Below, in pieces: positions 1-12,750 of a DNA stretch of 64,000 nucleotides. The notes beneath the pieces were generated by a model. The model was not told where the DNA came from. It did not search any database and was given only the letters and a program-made list of their open reading frames with translations. Numbering within the stretch: the first letter of the stretch is position 1; every line of letters begins with the position of its first letter. The position numbers and the translations under genes are program-made. The stretch lies in contig OX597817.1 of the NCBI GenBank assembly GCA_951406725.2, positions 75,392,001 through 75,456,000 on the forward strand, read 5' to 3'. The stretch comes from Octopus vulgaris. Taxonomy: Eukaryota.

Positions 1-131
1 TAGGGACAGGGCAGGGTGGTGGGGGTGTCACTGTTGCATTTAGCCCCAGGCGAACATCAACGTCACCAGATAGCCGACGCCATCACGGCGTCCTCTACCT
101 TGTAAAAGGGAGATCATTCACCAAGAGCGGA

Positions 132-185
132 TACCACACACGGACCTAGGTTTCAAGGTGTATTGCCTATTATCAACGTGTGGTA
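132..185 (-). ncRNA. Type I hammerhead ribozyme, U3-A8 core variant
   Basis: Reverse complement of the motif at 794-847. Confidence 0.7.
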
Positions 186-793
186 GGCATCGCTTCTCGA
201 TGAACGACCAACCGTGCAAGATATCTATAAAGATTTTCAAGTAAATACATTTACTGATTTCGAAAATCTGTTCGACAGCAATAATAATTCTCTAAATGAG
301 ATATAGACAGTGACTGCTCCATAATATAAGGGATATTAGCCAACTGAATATGGCTAGGGACAGGGCAGGGTGGTGGGGGTGTCACTGTTGCATTTAGCCC
401 CAGGCGAACATCAACGTCACCAGATAGGCCGACGCCATCACGGCGTCCTCTATCTTGCAAAGGGAGATCGTGGTATCTTGCAAAGGGAGATCGTAGATAT
501 CTTGCAAAGGGAGATCATTCACCAAGAAGCGGATACCACGATGGCGTCGGCCTATCTGGTGACGTTGATGTTCGCCTGGGGCTAAATGCAACAGTGACAC
601 CCCCACCACCCTGCCCTGTCCCTAGCCATATTCAGTTGGCTAATATCCCTTATATTATGGAGCAGTCACTGTCTATATCTCATTTAGAGAATTATTATTG
701 CTGTCGAACAGATTTTCGAAATCAGTAAATGTATTTACTTGAAAATCTTTATAGATATCTTGCACGGTTGGTCGTTCATCGAGAAGCGATGCC

Positions 794-847
794 TACCACA
801 CGTTGATAATAGGCAATACACCTTGAAACCTAGGTCCGTGTGTGGTA
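794..847 (+). ncRNA. Type I hammerhead ribozyme, U3-A8 core variant
   Basis: TACCACACG-TTGATAA-T-AGG-caataca-CCT-T-GAAA-C-CTAG-GTC^CGTGTGTGGTA. It has stem I, a UUGAUAA core, stem II, GAAA, a palindromic stem III (ACCTAGGT) and a GUC site at 836. Confidence 0.7.
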
Positions 848-1007
848 TCCGCTTCTTGGTGAATGATCTCCCTTTGCAAGATAGAGGACGCCGTGATGGC
901 GTCGGCCTATCTGGTGACGTTGATGTTCGCCTGGGGCTAAATGCAACAGTGACACCCCCACCATCCTGCCCTGTCCCTAGCCATATTCAGTTGGCTAATA
1001 TCCCTTA

Positions 1008-1400
<393 letters not shown>

Positions 1401-1414
1401 GTGTGTAATCCATA

Positions 1415-1518
1415 GCTACAAGGCCCGGAATTTTGGGAGAGGGGGCTAGTCGATTAGATCGACCCCAGTACGCAACTGGTACTTAATTTATCGACTCCGA
1501 AAGGATGTAAGGCAAATC
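1415..1518 (-). mobile_element. SINE family B fragment truncating the Tc1 right end
   Basis: gatcgaccccagtacgcaactggtacttaatttatcgactccgaaaggatg matches the family B body on the minus strand. Confidence 0.7.
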
Positions 1519-2642
1519 GATAGGTAGGACTACATACTTTAGTATTTAGTTGACATTCCCTTTGCAGTTTTTAATTCAGAAACTCTTTTTGGCATTGAAT
1601 TCATCTTTAGATTTAGGCCACTGTCGAGTTTTTCGTATAGTTCTATCTAGTATGCTCCAAAGATTTTTAATTGGGTTCATGTCAGGGGATTGGCTCGGTC
1701 AATGAAGCTTTTTGATCCCATTTTCAGTCAGCCATTGTTGATTCCTTTTCGCTGTGTGGCATGGAGCCCCATGTTTAATGGATAAAAACTATTTTTTTGT
1801 TATGTTATCGTGTGAATACATCGGAATACTTGCTTAAGTATTTCGATGTATTTTTCAGAGTTTATGGTCCCAACACATTCGATCAGGTCAGAACTACCAT
1901 TGCTGGTGACAGCTCCCCATACCAATACAGAGATACCGCCATGTTTCATAATTAGCTGGAGTCGTTTCAAATCAAATTCTTGACTGGGAAGCCTCCAGAC
2001 CCAAACACGTCCACTGTCTGAAAATAATGCAAATCTGGATTCATCTGAGAAAATCACTCTATACCAAAATGAACTGGATTTTTCTGACATCCCCTTAACC
2101 CATTTCTTTCTTTTCATGATATTAATTGTCTGAAGAAGAAGTTTTCTTCTAGCTGCCCGTCCACAATACCCAAGCTTATGCAGATATGTAACACACGTTC
2201 TTGGACTAACTTCTAGTTGTTTTGCAATGTCACAGGTCTTCGAACGGGGTCCGTTTTCCACAATTCTCTTCAAATAGCGAAGCATCCTTTCCGACGGTGC
2301 AGGTCGGCCGGGACGAGAATCTGTTGATTCTTTTCTTTGGCTTTTGAATTGCACTATAATTCTACTAACGGTAGCAAGAGGAATTTGAAGATTTTCGGCA
2401 ATTTTTCGCTGGCTAAGCCCAGCCTTAGGTTGCTCAACAACACAACCTCTTTGAAAATCTGACAGTTCTGCCGAATTTTTTTGTGCGTGGCATGGTTAAT
2501 CTTCGCAAATGTTTAATATAATGGCACCTGGAATGGAAAAGAATAATTACATTGTAAATCCTACACCGCTGAAAACATATTAAGACGCTTAGATCAGAAA
2601 TTTTGAAAATTAAATGTGTTTATTTACTTCCTGAATGTCTGT
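1519..2642 (-). mobile_element. Tc1/mariner (DD34E) transposon, decayed; transposase pseudogene 2493-1539
   Basis: ORF 1800-2354 has an HTH region, VIFSDESRF and GGISVLVWG. The left TIR at ~2601-2641 resembles the right TIR of the copy at 18505-18546. Frameshifts and deletions are present. Confidence 0.9.
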
Positions 2643-2816
2643 ATATATACACATACATATACATATACATACATACATACATACATACATACATACATAC
2701 ACACACGCATACATACATACATGCATGCATGCATACATACATACATACATACATACATTCATACACACACATATATATATATATTTACATACACCACACG
2801 TATACACACACACATA

Positions 2817-2867
<51 letters not shown>

Positions 2868-3439
2868 AGAGAGAGAGAGGCTTGTGAGAGAGAAGGCGGA
2901 AGATTAGGTGGTTTGTTCAATATCTAAGAACACAATTAACAACTTAACTATTTCTAAAAAAGGTTCCACATTTTCTCTGCTATAAATCTATAGCATTGTC
3001 TATTATTACCACACCAATGTATTCATCATGTTTAGAAACAATTCTTATCTCGATCAGGAATCTTTAAATTGAATTTCAACTCCAGATTCCTTCGATGTAA
3101 TTTTTTTGCTACAGTTCTATAAAGTTTCATCTATTCACTGGCTTTTCTTTGAAATAAATAAGACAGTTCAGTTTGCTGTTTTGATGCTATCATTGTAGGA
3201 AAAATTGAAAATAAGGAAAAAGAAAACAAAACAGAAAACTAATGAGATTGTATGCGAAGCAAAAACGATTGTTTCTGAATTGCATTTACTTATGTTCGTC
3301 TGTAACCGAGTTCAAAATCTAACAAGAGTTGATTTAGTTTCTCATTACACCAGTTTCAATAACATGAATGCTCATTGCTCGAGTTCCCCAATTTCTGATG
3401 GTGAGGTCGTTGCTGTGCCATTATAACATGCTCCAAACC

Positions 3440-3800
3440 AGTTCTAACCATGTACAAATATTGTGTGCATGCCAAAGTTTGATGCTTCTAATAATGGTTT
3501 TTCTGCTCTTTCCCTAGATGCTTTCCGTCCATCATTTCCTCCTTCAATTTTTTTATTTCGTTACTCCTTCACAACTAGATGGAAAATAGCCTTTGCAAAG
3601 CTGCTGGATCTTGTCATCTTGCCATGTAGCCTTACTATTTCAAATTTATTTTCTTCACCGTTGTGAGAAAGCCTGCATGAAAGTGGGGCTGGGTGGTAAT
3701 TTGATGTTTGATGGTCTCGCAGACAAAATGATGTGATCCAATTATGAGATACCTGTATGGTTTCGAAGACGAAATGATGTGATCCAAGTACAAGATACCT
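3440..3800 (-). mobile_element. RTE-type LINE 3' remnant
   Basis: Translation RLHGKMTRSSSFAKAIFHLVVKE resembles the RTE C-terminal W.GHV.R...AK.ILQG.V.G motif. Confidence 0.55.
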
Positions 3801-4035
3801 GAAATGTTGTGGTAGAATATTATTTTCAGTGCCTATATCTTTCTCTGTATCTCTGTAATGTGAATTCATGTCTCACACATTTGAGAGAAAATGGAAAGTA
3901 ACTGTACAGACGAGTCTACCTTGCTCCTCATTGGGATATTTCTATCTCTCCGTTTTGGTTTCAGTTTGGTTAATGCGGTCATTATCTGTGCAAGGATTTC
4001 TGGTCTTGATTCCGTATTAATAGTTTCTGATTTAC

Positions 4036-4234
<199 letters not shown>

Positions 4235-5020
4235 CTTACGTCTCTAATTTTTTAAATTCTTTTTCATTAACGATTACCCTCAATTATGTGTCGATGCCAA
4301 TGTAATTATGTATGTCTTTTCCCCACCATCCATAAATTTATGGAATTGAATAGAATCTAAAAAAAAAAAAAGAAAATCTGATATTTAGTAGAAAGGCGGG
4401 AGAAACGAATCCCAGTGAGTATGTATATGTACTTATTTATATTCTTTTCAGTTTTTAATTTCAAATCACGTCAGGATGGATCATATCTTTAACTTTCCTT
4501 CCTGAAATTAACTACCAGTCATATATCAATTTTAATTATGCTACTCAGCTATATCTCTCTCCGCCAAAACATATGTATCAATGAAGGGAATGAATATTTT
4601 GCTACTTAAGGTTCAATGGATTCGCAGAATTGTTAGAGAATAAGGCAAAATGCTTTGCAATAGTTGTTCCAGTTCTTAACATTTTGAGTTCAAATCCCGT
4701 CGAGGAAAACTTTGCATTTTATTATTTCTAGATCGATAAAATAAAGCATTAGTCAAGTACTGGATCAATTTAACCGATTAATCTGCCACTCTAAATTTCT
4801 GGTCTTGTATCATTATAAGGAAGTATTAATTATTTTGTATTTTGTTTGCAAGATTTTTGAGAACTCGTATGTTGAAACAGATTTTGTTATATTTTGGGAG
4901 GGTCATTATGCCAATAATAAACACATGCACTGTTTCTATTTCACTTCTTTTCTTACCATTAGTCAGCTAGTTTAACATTTAACCAAATATTCTGAAGAAG
5001 ACCTGGAGTAGAGAGGCCAA

Positions 5021-5061
5021 GTCATTGATGAGGTCGTAAATGGCGACGAAAGGACTTTGAC
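5021..5061 (+). ncRNA. Degenerate type I hammerhead ribozyme in a Penelope-like fragment
   Basis: GTCA-TTGATGA-G-GTCG-taaatgg-CGAC-GAAA-G-GA-CTT^TGAC, with a C3U change. Flanked by an imperfect inverted repeat (4919-4943 / 5150-5174). Confidence 0.6.
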
Positions 5062-5508
5062 AAACCTAGCTAATTGACTGACTGAACGAGTACTCAAAAA
5101 ATTGATTAGTTAATTAGTTAAATGGGCAAGAAGTTGATTAATAAAAAAATGAAATAGAACCAGTGCGTGTGTTTAATATAGATGTAATAACTCTTCACTG
5201 ATGCAACAGCTATTTAGTTAAAAAATGCTCGACAGAATTATCTCCCTTTCGCAGAATCTTACTCACTACGCTTTATTTTGTTAAGTTTACACTTGAACAA
5301 TAGTGAAATCACGTCGAAAGACTCGTGTTATCACAATAGCTAAAATTCAAACAATTGTCTTTGTTTCTCTTTTTTCCGTTTCAATTTGATCTGTCAGTAC
5401 AACTGACAACCCTTTCTCACCGAACATATGTGATGGGCTTGAAAGGTTCTGACAAGTGATTCACAATTCTTTTCTTTTCTTTCTTTCTTTCTTTCCTTCT
5501 TTCCTTCT

Positions 5509-5564
<56 letters not shown>

Positions 5565-6121
5565 TCCTTATCTCCCTACCCCACCTCCTCTCTCACTGAC
5601 CCATTGCTCATCAAGAGAGAAAATGCTTAAAACATTGCCCGAAGCAAGAAGTCTCTGAAGAATACCTGCATTTTGAATAGCATTTTCCAGGTCCATGAAC
5701 CGAGAAACCTACAAGAATCAAACCAATTGATTTCTACTCGAAACATGTAATAGAAATTTCAAAAATTTAGCTTAAAGCTATGTGTTTCTCTCCAATAGTC
5801 ATTAGTTTCTTTTATATTGACTTAACTGCAAATATCCTTAACAACAAATGTAAGAAAATATACATTGATGATTGTTATATATATATATATATATATATAT
5901 CTTATTATAATATATATATATATGGATATCTGTGTTAAATTAAATTATGAGTTATCCTCTATTGCCATTTAACACTAATTGCCTATGGCTCTATGGTAAC
6001 TGAAAGTCGTAGAGTAGAAGGTGAATGAATATCATATCAATCGGGGATACGGTTTCGATTCCCAGCCGGAGGCATTTCCCTTCATGGAATTGGAATGTGT
6101 GTGTGTGTGTGTGAGAGAGAA

Positions 6122-6176
<55 letters not shown>

Positions 6177-6534
6177 GAGAGATAGATAGAAAGATAGATA
6201 GATAGATAGAGGGAGATATTTGAGATTTACAGCTCAGGTATTTCATTATTTGTGTTGGTGACTCTCACACGCGTCACGGAAGAATGGTTCAATGGAAGAG
6301 GTCAAGCCGATTTTGTTAGATCGCTTCATCTTTTTGACACAAATTGATACGAAAGATGAACTCAGTCCATGAGATGAAATTTTAAAGTTCCGGTTATAGC
6401 TGCAGTTGCTATTTCTATAGCTAATGCATATTTGGGTATGTGCGTGTGCGCATGTGTGCAGAGCTGACTGCGGTAACAAGAGAAACAAGCAATGGAAAGA
6501 TACATATTCCACAGTGTCAAATAACTGCATCTCC

Positions 6535-6765
6535 ATTTTGTATTCTTATGTAGCTACTGATACAAGGATCTCATGAGTATTGGGGAGATGCACATACTTC
6601 TTATGCAGCAACTAATACAGGGATCTGAAGATATACATTTTTCTGTTATGCAATAAACTTGTACAATCTGTTCTAGTGACTTCTGGTGAATCTTGTTAGA
6701 AACCTTCTTGAAATCAGTGGGATTAATGACTAGAGGTGCCTGGAATTTACAGTACTCCTCAATTC
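6535..6765 (-). mobile_element. RTE-like reverse transcriptase remnant
   Basis: IEEYCKFQAPLVINPTDFKKVSNKIH resembles the RT motif F.DF.KAFD.I. A diverged paralog lies at 13765-13942. Confidence 0.55.
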
Positions 6766-6845
6766 CGGTGTTACATAGTGACAACAAATGAACCGTCGAC
6801 CAGTCATCTTAGTCATCAGTACTCTCATACGCATTCATTTTTTTT

Positions 6846-7150
6846 CGCGCTTTTCAAGCCTAGCTAGGCTCATGGGCCCGGTTTCCCGGTTTGTGTGGCG
6901 TATGTGTCCCCCCCCCCAGCTGGACGGGACGCCAGGCAAATCGCAGCGTTACTCAAAACACAGGAAGAGAGAGTGAGAGGAAGTTGTAGCGAAAGAGTAC
7001 AACAGGGGTCGCCACCACCCCCTGCCGGAGCCTCGTGGAGCTTTTAGGTGTTTTCGCTCAATAAACACACACAACGCCCGGTCTGGCAATCGAAACTGCG
7101 ATCCTCCGACCGCGAGTCCGCTGCCCTAACCACTGGGCCATTGCGCCTCC
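6846..7150 (-). mobile_element. tRNA-derived SINE family C, full length
   Basis: Minus strand starts GGAGGCGCAATGGCCCAGTGGTTAGGGCAGCGGACTCGCG (A box) and has a B-box-like GTTTCGATT. The 3' tail GAAACCGGGCCCATGAGCCTAGCTAGGC recurs at 7153-7216. Confidence 0.85.
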
Positions 7151-7216
7151 ACAAATAAATGCACCCTTTTAAAGCCTAGCCAGGCTCATGGGCCCAGTTT
7201 CCCGGTTTCTATGGCG

Positions 7217-7345
7217 TCCTTTCGGGGTCGATTAAATAAGTACCAGTTACTCACTGGGGTCGATATAATCGACTTAATCCGTTTGTCTGTCCTTGTTTGT
7301 CCCCTCTGTGTGTAGCCCCTTGCGGGCAGTAAAGAAATAAGAAAT
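7217..7345 (+). mobile_element. SINE family B, 5'-truncated
   Basis: tttcggggtcgattaaataagtaccagtt...gcagtaaagaaataag, matching 16377-16610. Confidence 0.85.
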
Positions 7346-8089
7346 AACTTTAACAAAATAATGTAAGCGCACTGCTGACGCAATAGAACGTGGTACTGAC
7401 TTATGAAAACATTTGGTATATCTTATAGTATATTGTTTTTGCATAACGAAGTACCACGTACCAACAAATCCTTAATCTTTTTATAAAGTTGGGTACTTAC
7501 CTCCGCAGTCTCATTTGCCAAACTCTTAGGTTGTAGGGATGTAAATAAACCTATACTGGTTGTCAAGCAGTAAATAAACCTATACTGGTTACCAAGCAAA
7601 GACGTGCGCGCACACGCACACACACGCGCACACATACACGCGCACACGCACACACACAACACACACACACGCATATATATATATATGTATACACATGCAT
7701 ATGTATACACATACATACACACACCCACACACATTGGGCATCCACACTGTTTCTACCAAATTCACTCACAAGGCACTGGGCAGTCCAGGGTTGTGACAGT
7801 CAACATTAGCCCAAGGTGCCGTGCAGTGAGATTGAAGCCGAAACTACACGGTTGCGTTTAGAAACTGTTCAAAAGATTGTACTTCGGAAAGTTATCGTGT
7901 CAAGAATATTCTTGTATACCGCATCAAGCCTTAATTGCATAGAAATATTTGGAAATATCTGCCAATTGACCATATCACATGTAGATTTTTGAAAGAAATA
8001 TTCATGGAATTTCCCAGATTAGAACATTCTAGTTCTTTTGGTTGGACATTAGTAAATTAATTTGAAGTTGCCATACAATGTATGTTACG

Positions 8090-8640
8090 TTATGTTATCT
8101 TCGTTAGCTCAAACAACATCGTGCAATACGAGTTCTAGCGGTACCGTTCTGGATTAGACTGCACCTTTCTTGTCAGGTGATATCCGTTTCGGTCAAGTGT
8201 TCCCGTATTATCCATTGCCACATCTTCACTGGCCCGTCTCTCTTTTTCCTCCTTTAATTATCAAATCGACTGCTATCTTTGCTGATCTCTTCAACGGTAA
8301 GCGCAATACATGGCCAAGAAGCTTTCCTCGTCTAGCTGTGATGGTGTCCTGCAGTTTACTAAGGCCAGCTCTTTTCATTATTTCATCGATTGTGATGTGG
8401 TAACGTCAGTTGATCTTCAGGAAGGCATCGGCGATGGAAAACATGCACCATATTGCAAATCCTGTCCGTCCGCCTCCATGTTTCGCATTCATACAATGCC
8501 GTAGAAATGTCAATGGATGCGTATAGGCAAAATTTAATCCCTTGGTGAAGGAAAGAACACGACCATATTGGTTTCAACCTAGGAAAACTGTCATTGCTTT
8601 ACCAAGTGTAGTCTTGGCATAAGTTTTTTGCTTCTTGGTT
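8090..8640 (-). mobile_element. Old RTE-like LINE 3' remnant
   Basis: Degenerate minus-strand translation (ASIDISTALYECETW...) resembles the RTE C-terminal LYG.ETW motif. Confidence 0.5.
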
Positions 8641-9216
8641 TCTGGAATTCAAGGGAAGAGATGGTACTTTGTGTCAGTAATAATTTGTCTGCAGTAGAGT
8701 CTGCAGAAGAGCTTGACCAATTAAATTTGCCGTGAACAGTAAAGAATTTAACATGTCACTGCAGTGAGGACAACGAAATTTTGGACAACAAATAATGAAT
8801 GTTTAAGTGAATTTACAGGTTTTGTATATGTTTGAATGGTTAATACAAGTATTCATGCTTTAATTCCATACAAGAAGAATATTCCCGTTAGTCAATCGGC
8901 ACATACGAACTTTAGGCCAGTTCTCTTTATTCAGTCGCATATAACAATGCCAAACTAAACTGCTGACTGTTACATTAGACACATTACTAGAGAAAATCTC
9001 ACCAACCTTATCGTATTGATAAAGTATTTATGATTACAAAAATCTGCTTAGTAGAGAAACATTCTACAATTAATCTAGTCTGTTTGGAATCCAACAGTCA
9101 AAAGGCGAACCACTGATTGGCCTGTGGGTTGCCTATAGCCAACGACGCTATTGTTTACAAATACATGTTGATCGGATCAACTGGAACTCACGTTGTCATA
9201 ACCGACAGAGTGCCAG

Positions 9217-9274
<58 letters not shown>

Positions 9275-9774
9275 GCTCCATGCTATCCGTTCTCTACAAA
9301 AGTCATGTTCTCGTCGCATCACAACATTAACAATAAGACAGAAGTATTTCACTCCAACTGGCCCTCCTCTCTTTAACATCATACCAAGACACACAAAAGA
9401 AGAAAAAGATGCTTTAATCATCTTTGCAATTTCGGCTGGTTATACGCGAGATTGCTCTAATCTGGCCAGTCCCAAGGAAAAATTAAGCTAAGAGCACTAG
9501 ATTCCTTGGAAGAAAGCAGCGAATGTATACGAAAACAAGGACGAAAAAAACCCCCAGAGAAACGGTACACAAATACAAATGCAAATAACGGGACATAACC
9601 AGCCGAAATTGCAAAGATAATCTGGAACTCGACTGAGGAAAGAAAACTTCGAATGACCCGTCCGTGTTTTTTCTTGTGCCTTTTTTGTATCATCTAGCTG
9701 TCTGAATGTTTTGCGTTCTTGTCCCATTTTTTGTATTCCTTTTTATATACATATTGCGGCGTACGTACACTTTG

Positions 9775-9838
<64 letters not shown>

Positions 9839-10047
9839 ACGTGTTCAGGTTAACGTGAGGAAAATGTTACTGGTGTAAAAGAACCAATATGGAGAGCGTC
9901 ACTAATTTGAGTGTGTTGGTAAAGTCAGCGAATGTAAGTTGACTTGGATGAATATCGACAAAGAAGAAAGGAATATCGGAAGGCAAATGTATAACAAAAC
10001 ATTGTTATTTATTGTATAAGTAACAAGTGCTGATAAAAAGTATGATA

Positions 10048-10478
10048 TTCTTTTACTCTTTTACTTGTTTCAGTCATTTGACTGTAGCCATGCTGGAGCA
10101 CCGCCTTTAGTCGAGCAAATCGACCCCAGGACTTATTCTTTGGAAGCCTAGTACTTATTCTATCGGTCTCTTTTTGCCGAACCGCTAAGTTACGTGGACG
10201 TAAACACCCCACCATCGGTTGTCAAGTGATGTGGGGGGGGGGGGGCAAATAAGGCACCCAAACATATACATACACATACATACATACACACACACATATA
10301 TATATACATATATACGACGAGCTTCTTTCAGCTTCCGTCTACCAAATCCACTCACAAGACCTTGGTTGGCCCGAAGCTATAGTAGAAAATACTTGCCCAA
10401 GGTGCCACGTAGTGGGAATAAACCCGGAACCATGTGGTTGGTTAGCAAGTTACTTACCTCACAGCCACTCCTGCGCCT
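10048..10478 (-). mobile_element. tRNA-derived SINE family A
   Basis: Head AGGCGCAGGAGTGGCTGTG..., internal microsatellite, tail GGCGGTGCTCCAGCATGG...GACTGAAACAAGTAAAAGAG. Confidence 0.9.
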
Positions 10479-11003
10479 ATGTGATATGTGGACTGAATGT
10501 GTATCTGTGAACCAGGGAAGCCATAACTTAGGTTTAAATGAATGTTTATGTCATAAGCTGCTATAAACTGGCAGGTGAAGTTAGTATGAACTAGCCGTAG
10601 AAAGAAAATAGGAGTTGGCAGGGATGAGAATGATATCGATGGTTCAGGAGGTGAGAAGTCGAGACGCTATAACTCCAGGTGAGTTATATGAAGTGGGTGA
10701 TCGACACACATAAGAATCCTTTTATGTTTCAAAGGAGAGATATTACAGCTGTGTCAATTGTTTGCCAACTAACTGAAACAAGGCAGTTTCCATCCATGGT
10801 GAATGATACGGGTAGTCGGGGGCTAGCTTAACGCAAACAAATAGTTGGAAATTTGTAAAAATACCAGAAGCTGTACAATATGAAAAAGTGTGTTGACTGT
10901 CTCGCGTCTTCCTGCTACCTGCTTGTGTTAATCCGCAACCAGCTTTAATTGGCATAGTACTACTGTGCTAATACGCGACAACCAAATATGGCTTCCCTGT
11001 TCA

Positions 11004-11062
<59 letters not shown>

Positions 11063-11420
11063 CACACATATGTATGTACACACACACGTGTGTGTGTGTG
11101 TGTGTTTATATACAAAATTAAACAGATTAAATTCAGGATATTTAGATCATTAATTTATACAATCACACAGGTATATTGTGCTGCATCTTTAGGTCGAACG
11201 TTTAATACAAATAGAAAAATGGACCCAGAGAAATAAATAACTTTAGTAGACAGAAAAGCAGAGTTGCCTGAGGTGTTCTAGCGAAGTTAAATGGTTAAAG
11301 AAAATGGTGAAACGAATATCATTTTTATTTAAGAAATACACGTAGGAGGCAAATTTTCCTGAAACGTCCTTTTGTTCTTCGTTTTGGAACCAAAAGCTAA
11401 TGGTATAAGATTATAAGAGT

Positions 11421-11476
<56 letters not shown>

Positions 11477-11811
11477 TTATGTCGCGATTAAAATGTTTTC
11501 AATATTTTGGTTTTTCGCCTCCAGTTATATGATCTTATTCCAGTTAATTGGTGATTGCGATATCACGTATAGATAAGACATGTTTTATACTAAGAAAATA
11601 TTCTATAAATAACAAGAGTTAAGAAGACATATAATCTCCGATATCCGATATTTTGTCAGAGATATTATTTTGAGAAGCTTATATATGAAATGTAATCTTA
11701 AGCTGAAAAGAATTGAGCTGTAGAGCTAAATTATTTTTTTTTGCGGTGGAACTCGAAGTTGGTAAAGCTGTTAATAATAATAGCGTGTAGAATACTGAGT
11801 TTAAAAAGAAA

Positions 11812-12210
11812 CGGCTGAAGGGGGAAAAAGACGAAAGCTGCTATAGGATTCGAACCCACATCTGCTGTGAATATGCCAGATATGCTAATACCAAAGACAC
11901 ATCTCGAATTTTCTCCATCTATTTCAGAAACTTTGTTTTGACCAGGAACAAATGTAAGATATTTACATTATAATAGTTTAGAAACTTCGAGGGAATTTAA
12001 GTAAACCATTTTTTCACAGTGAAAGTACATAAAATTTTGTATAATAGCATGGAGAATATTGGAATAAAAACCTCTCGAATTAAAAATAGCTGAAGGCTGC
12101 TCGTGGGACTCGAACCTAAATCTTGGGTGATTATGACAGATGTGCTAACCATTACACAAAAGGAACACTCCGAATTTTCATCTCCCATTTTAGAAGCTTT
12201 ATTGTTACAA
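11812..12210 (-). repeat. Two diverged tandem tRNA-like units (~260 bp period)
   Basis: B-box-like GGTTCGAATCC and GGTTCGAGTCC on the minus strand near 11850 and 12110, with alignable flanks. Confidence 0.55.
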
Positions 12211-12254
12211 GCGAAAGCCCTTGTGGCAAAATTTGAAATCATTATTATTAAAGC

Positions 12255-12750
12255 AGTGAAGGCGGCACTCTGGGGTCGATTAAATAAGTACCAGTTACGC
12301 ACTGGGGTCGATATAATCGACTTAATCCGTTTGTCTGTCCTTGTTTGTCCCCTCTATGTTTAGCCCCTTGTGGGCAATAAAGAAATAAGAATCGTTAGCA
12401 CACCGGACAAAATACTTAGCGGCATTTCGTCCGTCTTTATGTTCTGAGCTCAAATTCCGCCGAAGTCGACTTTGTGTTTCATCCTTTCGGGGTCGATAAA
12501 TTAAGTACCAGTCAAGCACTGGGGTCGATGTGATCGACTATACCCCATTCCCACAAGTATATCTTCTCCTCTAGTAGAAAGGATTATTATTAAAGCGGTG
12601 AGCAGAATCGTTAGTATGCCGAGTAAAGTTTAGTGGCATTTGGTCCGTCTTTACATTTGAGTTCAAATTCTAGCCATGTACAAGGGTCAGTGTAATTGAC
12701 TACCCTCTCCCTCAAATTTTCAGGCTTTGTGCCTCTAATAGAAGGGATTA
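12255..12750 (+). mobile_element. Nested/tandem SINE family B copies
   Basis: Repeated ttctgagttcaaattccgccga.gtcgacttt, ggggtcgat and taagtaccag motifs. Confidence 0.8.

Noticed and set aside
370-609. Two 71-aa ORFs with identical ends on opposite strands
   Set aside because: They result from the inverted repeat and show no recognisable domain.
9630-9665. CTGAGGA-AAG-aaaa-CTT-CGAAT as a hammerhead
   Set aside because: GAAA is not intact and there is no convincing stem I or III.
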